64,000 bases of DNA from Dehalococcoidia bacterium (GCA_963663895.2 CAXXRD010000002.1:384001-448000), one strand, 5' to 3'; shown: positions 41,361 through 50,616, numbered from the stretch's first letter. Made by a program: numbers and translations. The notes: generated by a model from the letters alone, not told the origin.

Positions 41361-43739
41361 GTGGCAGCCAATGCGACCCCAAGCCCCGGAGGCAAGCACG
41401 TCGGCCAGCGGCTGAAGCGCCGGGAGGACCCGGCCTTGATCCGCGGGCAAGGGACGTTCATCGACGACGTGCGGCTCCCGGGGATGCTGCACCTCGCGTT
41501 CAAGCGCAGCGACGTGGCCCACGGGCGGATCGTGCGGGTGGATACGAGCGCGGCGCGGGCGATGCCGGGCGTGCGGTTGGTCGCAACGGGCGCCGACCTG
41601 CAAGGAGTGCTCCCGAACGTGCCGGTGATAACGCCGTTCCCATATCCCGACCATCCCGCGGTCACGCCGGACAAAGTGCGGTACGTGGGCGAGCCGGTGG
41701 CGCTGGTCGTGGCGGAGGATCGGTACCAAGCGCAGGACGCCGTGGAGGCGATCGAGGTCACGATCGAGGAGCTGCCAGCCGTCGTGGATGCGGAGGCGGC
41801 GCTACGCGGGGAGCCGACGCTGCTGCACGAGGACTTCGTCAACAACGTGGCGCTGCGGATCATCAGCGGGACGGGGGTGGCGGAAGCAGCGGGCACGCAG
41901 GATCCGGAGGCGGTGGACGACCGCGAGCTCGAAGCGGCGTTCGAAACGGCCGAGGTGGTGATCTCCCAGCGGATGGTGAATCCACGGATCGCGCCCTCGG
42001 CGATCGAGACGCGGGGAGTGGTGGCGCAGTACGAGGCCACGCGACCCTACTTGACGATCTGGAGCACGACCCAGCGGCCGCACGCGCATCGCCGGTTCTT
42101 GGCGGCGGCGTTGGGGTTGGGGGAGCACCAGGCGCGGACGATCGCGCCGGAGATGGGCGGGGGCTTCGGCGCGAAGAAGATCTACGGGGAGGATTTCGTG
42201 GCGGCGGCGCTGTCGAAGCAGCTGGGAGCGCCGATCAAGTGGATCGAGGATCGGTCGGAGGCGTTCCTGACGACGACGCACGCGCGGGACGTGATCGGCC
42301 AGATCGAGCTGGCGGCGAAGCGGGACGGGACGGTGACGGCGCTGAAGGCGCGGCTGGTGGCGGACATCGGCGCCTACGAGATGCTACTGACGGCGTTCAT
42401 CCCAACGCTGACGCACGGGCTGCTGAGCGGAGGCTACGCGATCCCGGTGATCCGGTCGGAGCTGATCGAGGTGTTCACGAACAAGATGCCGACGGACGCC
42501 TACCGGGGCGCGGGAATGCCGGAGGCGATCTTCTTCGTCGAGCGGTCGATGGAATTGCTGGCGCGGGAGCTGAGGATGGATCCGGCGGAGGTGCGCCGCA
42601 AGAACTTCATCCGGCCGGAGCAATTTCCGTACAAGACCGCGGCGGGGAACGAGTACGACTCCGGGGAGTACGAGCGGCTGCTGGACGCGACGCTGGAGCT
42701 GGCGGGGTGGGAGGAGATGCGTGCGGAGCAGGCGGCGGCGCGGGCGGAGGGGCGGCTGGTGGGGCTGGGAATGAGCTTCTACATCGAGCTGTGCGCGATC
42801 GGGCCCTCGACGATGTTCCCGGACGGCGGCTGGGAGCACGGGAGCGTCACGGTGGAGCGGGACGGGCGAATCACCGCGACGACCGGGGCATCGGCGCACG
42901 GGCAAGGGCACGAGACCTCGTTCGCGCAGGTGCTGGCCGACCAGTTCGGGATCGAACCGGGGGCGATCACATTGCTGCATGGGGACACGGCCGTGGCGAA
43001 GCAGGGGGTGGGAACAGTGGCGAGCCGCTCGTTGGTGGTGGGCGGGACGGCGCTGCTGATGGCAGGCAGCAAGGTGAAGGCGAAGATGACGCGGTTCGCG
43101 GCGCAGCTGCTGGAGGCGCGCGAAGAAGAGATCGAGTTCGCCAACGGGGAGGTGGGGGTAGCCGGGGGCGGGAAGCTGTCGTTCGAGGAGGTGGCCTCGT
43201 ATGCGTACGCGCCGCAACAGCTGCCCGCGGGTACGGAGCCGGGGCTGAGCGAGGAAGCGTTCTGGGAGCCGCCGGGGATGACGTTCCCCTACGGATGCTA
43301 TATCGCACAGGTGGAAGTGGACCGGGAGACGGGAGAGGCGGAGCTGCAGCGTTTCGTGGGGGTGGACGACTGCGGAACGATCGTGAATCCGTTGATCGTG
43401 GAGGGGCAGATTCAAGGGGGGATCGCGCAAGGGATCGGACCGGCGCTGACGGAGGAGCTGCGCTACGACGAGCACGGACAGCTACTGACGGGGTCGTTCA
43501 TGGATTACGCAATCCCGCGGGCGTCCGATCTCCCGCGCTTCGAGCTGGGGGTGACGGTGACGCCGTCGCCGCTGAACCCGCTGGGCGCGAAGGGGACCGG
43601 AGAGGCGGGGACGATCGGGGCGACGCCGGCCGTGGTGAACGCGGTGGTCGACGCGCTGAGCGAGCTGGGCGTCCGGCACGTCGACCCGGCGCTGCACCCC
43701 GAGAAAGTGTGGCGCCTGATTCGGGGAGGGGAGCGATGA
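41361..43739 (+). CDS. Xanthine-oxidase-family molybdopterin subunit (CoxL-like, not form I CODH)
   Basis: GGGFGAK, AYRGAGMPE, HGQGHET, VDDCG, KGTGEAG. Start GTG 41361. Confidence 0.92.
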   Translation: MAANATPSPGGKHVGQRLKRREDPALIRGQGTFIDDVRLPGMLHLAFKRSDVAHGRIVRVDTSAARAMPGVRLVATGADLQGVLPNVPVITPFPYPDHPAVTPDKVRYVGEPVALVVAEDRYQAQDAVEAIEVTIEELPAVVDAEAALRGEPTLLHEDFVNNVALRIISGTGVAEAAGTQDPEAVDDRELEAAFETAEVVISQRMVNPRIAPSAIETRGVVAQYEATRPYLTIWSTTQRPHAHRRFLAAALGLGEHQARTIAPEMGGGFGAKKIYGEDFVAAALSKQLGAPIKWIEDRSEAFLTTTHARDVIGQIELAAKRDGTVTALKARLVADIGAYEMLLTAFIPTLTHGLLSGGYAIPVIRSELIEVFTNKMPTDAYRGAGMPEAIFFVERSMELLARELRMDPAEVRRKNFIRPEQFPYKTAAGNEYDSGEYERLLDATLELAGWEEMRAEQAAARAEGRLVGLGMSFYIELCAIGPSTMFPDGGWEHGSVTVERDGRITATTGASAHGQGHETSFAQVLADQFGIEPGAITLLHGDTAVAKQGVGTVASRSLVVGGTALLMAGSKVKAKMTRFAAQLLEAREEEIEFANGEVGVAGGGKLSFEEVASYAYAPQQLPAGTEPGLSEEAFWEPPGMTFPYGCYIAQVEVDRETGEAELQRFVGVDDCGTIVNPLIVEGQIQGGIAQGIGPALTEELRYDEHGQLLTGSFMDYAIPRASDLPRFELGVTVTPSPLNPLGAKGTGEAGTIGATPAVVNAVVDALSELGVRHVDPALHPEKVWRLIRGGER

Positions 43740-44605
43740 TCCCGGCGGCGTTCGACTACCGGCGGGCGAAGACGATCGACGAAGCGCTGGCGCTGATCGG
43801 AGAGACGGCGGAAGAGGCGCGATTCTTGGCGGGAGGGCACAGCCTGATTCCGCTGATGAAGCTGCGGTTCAGCCAGCCGGATCGGCTGGTGGACATCATG
43901 CACGTGCCGGGGCTGGCGGGGATCTGGGAGCGGAACGGCCAGGTAGGGATCGGGGCGACGACGCGGTACGTGGAGCTGGAGCGGTCGCGGATCTTGCAGG
44001 ACGTCTTGCCGGTGGTCGCGGAAGCGGCAGGAGAGATCGGCGATCCGCAGGTTCGGCATCGGGGGACGATCGGGGGGAGCTTGGCGCACGCGGATCCGGC
44101 GGCGGACCTGCCGGCGGTCATGGTGGCGCTGGATGCCTTCCTCGATATCGTGGGGCCGCAGGGGAGACGCCGCGTGCAAGCGGAGGATTTCTTCCAGGGG
44201 TTCTTCACGGTCGATCTCGCCGAGGGCGAGCTGATCACCGAGATGCGGATGCTGCCGCGCCGGGCGGCAGCCTACGCCAAGCTGCATCAGAAGGCGTCGC
44301 ACTTCGCGCTCGTGGGAGTGGCGGCGGCGCTGGAGATCGAGGCGGGCAACGGCGCGGGCGGCGTATGCCGGGGAGCGCGGGTAGCCGTGACGGGACTGTC
44401 GACGCACGCGCAGCGGCTACGGGGCGTGGAGGCGAGCTTGATCGGGGAGCGCTTGGCAGAGGAGTCGATCCGGGCGGCGGCGGAGCGGGCGCCGGAGGGG
44501 ATCGAGGAGATCAACGACGACCTGCACGGCTCGGCCGAGTATCGCCGGGAGATGGCGAAGGTGTTCGCGGCGCGCGCCATCCGGCGCGCGGCGGCGCGCG
44601 CGTAG
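43736..44605 (+). CDS. Xanthine-oxidase-family FAD subunit (CoxM-like)
   Basis: MIPAAFDY, LAGGHSLIPLMKLR, IGDPQVRHRGTIGGS, ADPAAD. ATGA overlap with the L subunit stop. Confidence 0.93.
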   Translation: MIPAAFDYRRAKTIDEALALIGETAEEARFLAGGHSLIPLMKLRFSQPDRLVDIMHVPGLAGIWERNGQVGIGATTRYVELERSRILQDVLPVVAEAAGEIGDPQVRHRGTIGGSLAHADPAADLPAVMVALDAFLDIVGPQGRRRVQAEDFFQGFFTVDLAEGELITEMRMLPRRAAAYAKLHQKASHFALVGVAAALEIEAGNGAGGVCRGARVAVTGLSTHAQRLRGVEASLIGERLAEESIRAAAERAPEGIEEINDDLHGSAEYRREMAKVFAARAIRRAAARA

Positions 44606-44612
44606 CTCGCTC

Positions 44613-45287
44613 ATGCCCCCCGCGCCCGCACGCAAGTACACGGCCCTGGACGACCGGCTCTACGACTACCTGCTTTCCGTGTCGCTGCGGGAGTCGGCGG
44701 TGGCGAGGCGGCTGCGGGAGGAGACCGCGGCGATGGAGCACGCGGTGATGCAGATCGCGCCCGACCAGGGGCAGTTCATGGCCCTGCTGGCACGGCTGCT
44801 GGGCGCGCGGCGCGCCCTTGAGATCGGGACGTTCACGGGGTACAGCGCCCTCTGCGTGGCGGAGGCGTTGCCGCCAAGCGGCCGGCTGGTGGCCTGCGAC
44901 CGGAGCGCGAAATGGACGGCGATCGCGAAGCGCTATTGGGCGGAGGCGGGAGTAGCGGAGAAGATCACGCTGCGGTTGGGGAAGGCGATCGAGACGCTGG
45001 ACGCCCTGCTCGCGGAGGGCGAGGCGGGACGGTTCGACTTCGCCTTCATCGACGCGGACAAGCCCAACTACGACGGCTACTACGAGCGCTGCCTGGCCCT
45101 CGTGCGACCGGGGGGACTGGTGGCGATCGACAACGTGCTGTGGGAGGGGAAGGTCAAGGATGCGGAGACGGCGGACGCCGACACGCAGGCGATTCGTGCG
45201 CTGAACGCGAAGCTGGCGGCGGACGCGCGGGTGGAGATGAGCATGCTGTCGATCGCCGACGGACTGACGCTCGCGCTGAAGCGGTGA
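44613..45287 (+). CDS. Class I SAM-dependent O-methyltransferase (caffeoyl-CoA OMT-like)
   Basis: LEIGTFTGYSAL, FDFAFIDADK, IDNVLW. Confidence 0.93.
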   Translation: MPPAPARKYTALDDRLYDYLLSVSLRESAVARRLREETAAMEHAVMQIAPDQGQFMALLARLLGARRALEIGTFTGYSALCVAEALPPSGRLVACDRSAKWTAIAKRYWAEAGVAEKITLRLGKAIETLDALLAEGEAGRFDFAFIDADKPNYDGYYERCLALVRPGGLVAIDNVLWEGKVKDAETADADTQAIRALNAKLAADARVEMSMLSIADGLTLALKR

Positions 45288-45358
45288 GGGCGCGGTAGGC
45301 TGATAGGCGCGGGTCCAAAGCGGATGGCAGAGCGAAAGGAATAGCGGAGGGCGTAGCG

Positions 45359-46150
45359 ATGGGCGTGCCGAGGAACGCGACGGAGGCGGCGGCGCTGCTG
45401 GGCGTGCCAGTCGACGCGGCGGAAGGGGTGGTGGAGGAGCGATTCCGGCGGCTGGCGCAGGTGTTCCACCCGGACCTGAATCCCGGCGTCGCCTCCTGCG
45501 GGGAGCGGATGCAGGAGCTGAACGCGGCGCGGGAGCTGCTGGCGGGCGGACGGCGGCCGGCGGAGACAGTAGTCGCACGGCCCGAGCGGCGGGAGGGACC
45601 GAGAGGGCAGGCGCCGGCGCGGCAGCGGTCGAAGAAGGACGAGGAGCGGCTGCGGCGGGTGATGCACGAGATGCCGTACGGGATCTACATCGTGGGCTCA
45701 CGCCGCGAGGAGGAGCCCAACGGGATGATCGCGGACTGGGTGATGCAGGTCTCGTTCCGGCCGCGGCTGCTGGCGGTGTCGTTCGAGAACGACGCCTACA
45801 GCCTGGAGAACGTGCGGCGGCACAACGTGTTCACGGTGAACCTGCTGCCGCAAGGGGCGATGGAGCTGGGAGCGCTGTTCCTGCAGCCGCGGGACGGGGC
45901 GAAGATCGCGGGCCGGAGCGCGGCGGCGGCGGCCACGGTGCACGAGAAGCTGGCGGGCGCGGCCTACCGGCTGACCGAGCGGGGCTGCCCGGTGCTGGAG
46001 GAAGCGCTGACGTGGGCGGAGTGCGCGGCCGAGCGGTTTGTGTCGGCGGGGGATCACACCCTGGTGATCGGGGAGGTGCTGGACGGCGAGGTGCTGCAGG
46101 CAACCGGGGCGCTGACGTCGGTCGAGACGGGGTGGGTGTACGGGGGCTAG
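45359..46150 (+). CDS. J-domain (DnaJ-like) / flavin reductase fusion protein
   Basis: N-terminal LLGV...FRRLAQVFHPDLN...MQELNAARELL (HPD). C-terminal PYGIYIVG, WVMQVSFRP, GCPVLEEA, AGDHTLVIGEV. Confidence 0.85.
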   Translation: MGVPRNATEAAALLGVPVDAAEGVVEERFRRLAQVFHPDLNPGVASCGERMQELNAARELLAGGRRPAETVVARPERREGPRGQAPARQRSKKDEERLRRVMHEMPYGIYIVGSRREEEPNGMIADWVMQVSFRPRLLAVSFENDAYSLENVRRHNVFTVNLLPQGAMELGALFLQPRDGAKIAGRSAAAAATVHEKLAGAAYRLTERGCPVLEEALTWAECAAERFVSAGDHTLVIGEVLDGEVLQATGALTSVETGWVYGG

Positions 46151-46207
46151 GAACGCGGTAGCAATCAGGCCGTCGCGGGCCGCGCAGACTTCCACGATGG
46201 CAGAAAG

Positions 46208-46537
46208 TCAGTCGCTGGCCCACTCCGCGTAGACCCGCTTCAACTCCCACGCCCAATACAGCGTCCTATCATCGCCCTCGCGATGGTGCCCCAACCGCGT
46301 TGCTAGCTTGAAGAAGCCCGCGCCGGACATGCCGTCCTCCTTGCGAACCACGACCGCCGTCAGCAGCGGCCGGTCAGCCGCGTGCTCGGCCGTGCTGATG
46401 TCGTCCAGGATCTGAAACAGGGCTCGGGAGCGCACGTGCAGACCGGCGATGCGCGCCACGTCGGAGTACGAGAGCGTCCCCTTGTGCTCGGCGACCTCAA
46501 TGAGTTTCTTGCGGACGGTATGTGCTTGTGTGTCCAT
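46208..46537 (-). CDS. Small hypothetical protein, winged-helix-like
   Basis: 109-aa ORF LIEVAEHKGTLSYSDVA...RPLLTAVVVRK...GAGFF, starting 13 nt after the nuclease gene stop. Confidence 0.7.
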   Translation of the reverse strand: MDTQAHTVRKKLIEVAEHKGTLSYSDVARIAGLHVRSRALFQILDDISTAEHAADRPLLTAVVVRKEDGMSGAGFFKLATRLGHHREGDDRTLYWAWELKRVYAEWASD

Positions 46538-46550
46538 TGCATTGGCCTAG

Positions 46551-47597
46551 CTACGTGGACCGATCGGGGGTTTCGGCGTAGGCATCGACGACGGCTTCGG
46601 TTACATACTGTCCGAGGCCGGGAAGTGCCCCGACGATATCGAGCTGGTCGTAGCAGAGGTAGGTACAGGACTTGGCCAGGAGCCCGAAGGCGGGCCGGGC
46701 CAACTCTTTAAAGACCTTATCTCGGCGCTCAGCTGGGGCCACGATGTGCGATTTGATCGTCATGTTCGGCTGGAGCGTTCGCAGGTCCAGCATGCGAAGC
46801 AGCCCCGAGTAGACGGCGGTTGTGTGCTCCACTTCGAACGCCCGCACGATGGAGTTCCCTTGCAGCCAAAGGACATCGATATTCTCGACCGTGTGGATGG
46901 TCTTCGCATCGTAGTTCAGCGGCAGTCGTTCGCGATCGAGAAACTGCGTATCCTCACCCGCCAGCAAAGGGCGGACGTGTTCCCGGTCTGCCTTGGCGAC
47001 CCACACATCCAGCCCTAGCTTGACACCCAGTCGAGCGAGCTTTGCTTGCACGTCGTGGGATGTGCGCGCCGCCGGCAGGGGATCTACAGCGACCGGGGGC
47101 TTTTGATTCACGAGGGCCCGCACGCGTGCCGCTGCATCGGTGAGCTGGGGGGTATAGAGAGCCTGCCACCCATTCAATGAGGCGAGTAACTCACTGTCCA
47201 CCGCGGTGCGTGGAATATCTTGCGCGACCCAGCGCACGGCCCGCGTGTGCGGCAAGGGATCAGGGCTGTCGACTCCAGAAAAAGCATAGTCCCCGGTCAC
47301 CTCTGCGACGCACAGCACCGGGCGGCGGACGAGCGGCACGATCACCCAATCGCCCCGTGTGAGCTCTTTCACAAAGCGCCAGAGCGCGCCTGCGGCCAGT
47401 CGTGTGGCCATTGCCTTTGGTGGGTGGCGGAGTTGGCTGTGGTAGTCAAAGAGCCGATCCCTCAGGGATTCGTAAGAATCGAAGGTACTGAGATCTTCGC
47501 GGAACCCATAGCTGATGCCGATCAAGTTCTGATCGAGGAAGAGCGCCGCATACTCCCCGCCTTTTCCGGAGCGGTTCACCCACAGCGTCACGGGCAC
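46551..47597 (-). CDS. Putative modification-dependent restriction endonuclease: EVE/PUA-like N-domain + PD-(D/E)xK-like C-domain
   Basis: N-terminal WVNRSG...RFVKELTRGDWVIVP...EVTGDY...RAVRW (as in Mrr-associated restriction proteins). C-terminal IDVLWL...AFEVEHTT...SGLLRMLDL. More AT-rich than flanks. Confidence 0.7.
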   Translation of the reverse strand: MPVTLWVNRSGKGGEYAALFLDQNLIGISYGFREDLSTFDSYESLRDRLFDYHSQLRHPPKAMATRLAAGALWRFVKELTRGDWVIVPLVRRPVLCVAEVTGDYAFSGVDSPDPLPHTRAVRWVAQDIPRTAVDSELLASLNGWQALYTPQLTDAAARVRALVNQKPPVAVDPLPAARTSHDVQAKLARLGVKLGLDVWVAKADREHVRPLLAGEDTQFLDRERLPLNYDAKTIHTVENIDVLWLQGNSIVRAFEVEHTTAVYSGLLRMLDLRTLQPNMTIKSHIVAPAERRDKVFKELARPAFGLLAKSCTYLCYDQLDIVGALPGLGQYVTEAVVDAYAETPDRST

Positions 47598-47699
47598 TGA
47601 CTTTCCATAGTGCAGGAAGATAACACGCGCCGGCCTCGTGCCAACGGCGGGGCATCGCCTAGGAGGCCATGTACCCGTGCTTGCGATTCAACTCCCGCA

Positions 47700-47854
47700 G
47701 CCCGCCCGCGGCCGCTTCTACGGCAGCGTCGCCATCGATCACGATGACGTCAAGGAGCCGCACAGCCAGATCACCGTGATCATCCTGCCCGGCAGCGGCT
47801 ACCATGAGCGAATCGAACGGCTCGGTCACCGTCACCGTCCACGACGACGACTGA
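47700..47854 (+). pseudogene. Relic of the C-terminal end of a Calx-beta-like beta-sandwich repeat protein
   Basis: VAIDHDDVKEPHSQITVIILPGSGY + (frameshift) SESNGSVTVTVHDDD*, matching the DD-x-x-E...GY...TVTVxDDD pattern. Confidence 0.55.
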
Positions 47855-47908
47855 GTCCGGCAGGTCCGCGCGCAAAGCCGACGTTTGAAGATGGAACAGG
47901 AAGAGCCA

Positions 47909-48466
47909 ATGGGATTGCGCCAACTCCGCGCCGTCGCAGCTCCCGGAGCGCTATGGATTGGTGCGCTCGCCCTCCTCGCGGCGGCGGCGTGCAGCGACGA
48001 CGGCGCACCGGGGGCGGTCGGCGCGACGGCCCGCGCGGCGCTCGCCGCGCCCAACGGCGACGGGATGGGTGCGGTGACCCTGACGCAGACGCCGACCGGT
48101 GTCCTCATCACTGCCGAGGTGCGCGGCCTCTCTCCCGGGGCGCACGGCTTCCACATCCACGGCACCGGCGCCTGCGCGCCCGACTTCACCGCGGCGGGCA
48201 GCCATTTCGCTCCCGGCGGGGAACCCCACGGTTTCCTGCACGAGGACGGCCCGCACGCGGGCGACCTCCCTAACATCCACGTCGGTGAGGACGGCACCGG
48301 GCGCGCGGACTACTTCACCGCCGCCGTCACCCTCGCTGCCGGCGCGGACCACTCGCTGTTCGATGCGGACGGGTCGGCCTTCATCGTGCACGCCGATCCC
48401 GACGATTACCTGGACGTGGCGTCGGCGGGCGCCCGCATCGCCTGCGGCGTGATCGAGCGCGGCTAG
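47909..48466 (+). CDS. sodC: Cu/Zn superoxide dismutase, lipoprotein
   Basis: Lipobox AAAC, HGFHIH, GSHF, HAGDLPN, IVHADPDD, AGARIACG. Confidence 0.93.
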   Translation: MGLRQLRAVAAPGALWIGALALLAAAACSDDGAPGAVGATARAALAAPNGDGMGAVTLTQTPTGVLITAEVRGLSPGAHGFHIHGTGACAPDFTAAGSHFAPGGEPHGFLHEDGPHAGDLPNIHVGEDGTGRADYFTAAVTLAAGADHSLFDADGSAFIVHADPDDYLDVASAGARIACGVIERG

Positions 48467-48566
48467 GGGGCCCGCATCCGCGCGCGCCCGGCCTGCGCTG
48501 GACCGCCTCTCGGCTCGAACAGCCCGAACTCTTCCCGTGCGGCTTCCGCGCTAGACCTTCGCCCTA

Positions 48567-49781
48567 TCAGGCGGGCACTGGGAGGCCGAAGAGGCGGGCG
48601 GCGTTGCCGCCGAGGATCTTGGCGCGCTCCTCGTCGTTGAGGGCGCCCATGGTGCGCTCGATCGATTGGGCCGAGTGGGGCCAGAGCCCCTCTTGGTGGG
48701 GGTAGTCGTTGGCCCAGATCAGGTTGTCGATCAGGCCGTACTTGCGGGCGAGGTCGATGCCGGGCTCGTCCTCCTGGAAGGAGGCGAAGCCGTTGCGGCG
48801 GAAGTACTCGCTGGGGAGCGCCTGGAGCTTGGGGTAGGCCCACATGTGATGCATGCGGTAGGCCTCGTCCATGGTCTTGAGGAGCCAGGGGAGCCAGCCG
48901 ATGCCGGCCTCGATGGTGGCGAAGCGGATGCCGGGGAAGCGCTCGATCACGCCCGAGGCGCAGAGCTGGACCAGGGGCTCGGTGGTGGGGATGAAGGAGT
49001 GGACGACCATGTTGATGATGGCGCCGCCGTAGCCGTGGGAGGCGCGGGGGTCGCGGCCGGTGGAGACGTGGAAGGTGATGGGCAGGCCGGTCTCTTCGAT
49101 GACGGCCCAGAGGCGGTCGAAGGCGGGGTCGTTGTAGTTGAGCTCGTCGGGGTCGTGGCCGCCCCAGATCGGCTTGGAGGGGAGGGTGAGGCCGCGGAAG
49201 CCGAGCTGGGCGACGCGCTGGATCTCGGCGATGGAGCCGTCGAGATCGCCGGTGGCGATGGCGGCCATGGGAGCCATGCGGTCGTTGTGATCGGCGAAGA
49301 TCTCCCAGACCCATTCGTTGTAGACGCGGCACTGGGCCATGGCGAAGACGGGATCCGGGGTGGCCCACATGGCGAGGCCCTTGTTGGGATAGATGGTTTC
49401 GGCGTCGATGCCGTCGCGGGCGTGGTCATCAAGGCGCTGCCGGATGTCCCAGGCCAGCTCCTGCTCCGAGGCGAAGCCGCCCGTGCCGCGGAGGCCGCGC
49501 TCCAGATCCTCGCCCTCCAGCTTGAGGTCGCGGATCTTGGTAGGGCGGTAGCCCTCGGCGACCTGCCACTTGACGCCGCCGTCATCGACCTCGACGCGGG
49601 GCAGGCGGTGACGGTACTTCTTGTCGATGCGCTTGACCCAGAGGTCGGCGGGCTCGCTGACGTGGCTGTCGACGGTGATCATGAAGTACTTGTCGGGATC
49701 GCCGGGGCGGGGGGTCCGTTGCCAGCCGGCGTGGCCGGGGGTTTCAAGTCGCCAGGCTTGCGGGTCGGCGGTCGTGACCAT
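48567..49781 (-). CDS. Amidohydrolase-2 family protein
   Basis: ITVDSHVSEP, TFHV, EAGIGW, WANDYPHQEG, GGNAARLF. Start MVTTADP at 49781 after AAGGAAG. Confidence 0.9.
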   Translation of the reverse strand: MVTTADPQAWRLETPGHAGWQRTPRPGDPDKYFMITVDSHVSEPADLWVKRIDKKYRHRLPRVEVDDGGVKWQVAEGYRPTKIRDLKLEGEDLERGLRGTGGFASEQELAWDIRQRLDDHARDGIDAETIYPNKGLAMWATPDPVFAMAQCRVYNEWVWEIFADHNDRMAPMAAIATGDLDGSIAEIQRVAQLGFRGLTLPSKPIWGGHDPDELNYNDPAFDRLWAVIEETGLPITFHVSTGRDPRASHGYGGAIINMVVHSFIPTTEPLVQLCASGVIERFPGIRFATIEAGIGWLPWLLKTMDEAYRMHHMWAYPKLQALPSEYFRRNGFASFQEDEPGIDLARKYGLIDNLIWANDYPHQEGLWPHSAQSIERTMGALNDEERAKILGGNAARLFGLPVPA

Positions 49782-49830
49782 TGGACGCCTTCTTCCTTGC
49801 GCTGTCTTTCTCGCGCGCGATCGGCGGGCG

Positions 49831-50229
49831 CTAGCGCGCCCCCTCCTTCCGCCCCGGGCCCGCGCCGGGCTCGGGGAGATGGCTGTGGGGTTGCTTGCTG
49901 TCGAAGGTGAGGCGGGCCGTGTGCAGCTCGCCGAGGGCGGCGCCATCGGCGTTGAGAGCGATATCGACGTACTCGGCCTCAAGGGCTTCGGAGGGCCAGC
50001 AGCGGATGCGGGCGCCGGCGGCCACGGCCGGCACCGGGTGGGAGGTGGTCTCGCCGCCGCGGCCGCTGTAGAACCAGTCGCCCTCGGAGTCGCCGTCGAC
50101 GAGAAGCCAGCTGCCGAACCAGAGGAGGGGATCGCCGTGCTCGTTGGCGCGTCTCTCCCAATGGACGGTGAGCTGGTCGATCGGCAAGGGCGCTCCCTGC
50201 GCAGCCGGGGCGGAGCGGGCGCTGCTCAT
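49831..50229 (-). CDS. Hypothetical protein (Trp-rich, ~132 aa)
   Basis: Start after GAGGTG, host-like codon usage, co-oriented 49 nt upstream of the amidohydrolase. Confidence 0.65.
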   Translation of the reverse strand: MSSARSAPAAQGAPLPIDQLTVHWERRANEHGDPLLWFGSWLLVDGDSEGDWFYSGRGGETTSHPVPAVAAGARIRCWPSEALEAEYVDIALNADGAALGELHTARLTFDSKQPHSHLPEPGAGPGRKEGAR

Positions 50230-50433
50230 GGCGCACCTCAGCCGGCCGAGGGATACAACGCGGCGCGGCCGGCAGGGGCATGGTAGCCGACCGGGCAAGG
50301 CCCCGTTCAGGGGAGCGGGCGGACGGTCCGTTGACGCTTCTGCAAAGGGATTGCCGCTGCTATCGCGGTTGTGATCGCGCTCTCAGTGAGGGAGCAGGGC
50401 AAAGCCCAAAAGCCAGCGTGATAAAATCGCTGC

Positions 50434-50616
50434 ATGGACGAAGCGACTGTCGAAATCGACGAAAAGCCCAGGCGCGGACGCCCGCCTAACCCGATGCCCG
50501 ATCTCATTCCCGACACGCCGGAGAATATCGCTCGTGCGATTCTGGCTGGGCCGCCGAAAAAGGAGTGGGACTACTTGCGGAAAGCCAAAAGGGATTGCGC
50601 CGACTCCGCCCCTTAA
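50434..50616 (+). CDS. Small protein (RGRPP...MPDxIPDTPENIARA), probably IS1595-associated
   Basis: 60-aa ORF with an AT-hook-like RGRP. It recalls small ORFs seen after IS1595 transposases (from memory, unverified) and lies upstream of an IS1595-type end. Confidence 0.6.
   Translation: MDEATVEIDEKPRRGRPPNPMPDLIPDTPENIARAILAGPPKKEWDYLRKAKRDCADSAP

Noticed and set aside
41361-43739. Aerobic CO dehydrogenase (form I coxL)
   Set aside because: Lacks the AYxCSFR Cu-binding motif and the M-S-L order with accessory cox genes.
42239-44605. 788-aa ORF as a fusion protein
   Set aside because: Only the part from ATG 43736 is CoxM-like; the rest is an off-frame overlap of the L subunit.
46188-47621. 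Weak direct similarity flanking the restriction cassette (GACTTCCAC... / GACTTTCCAT...)
   Set aside because: Too degenerate and gapped to call att sites or a target duplication.
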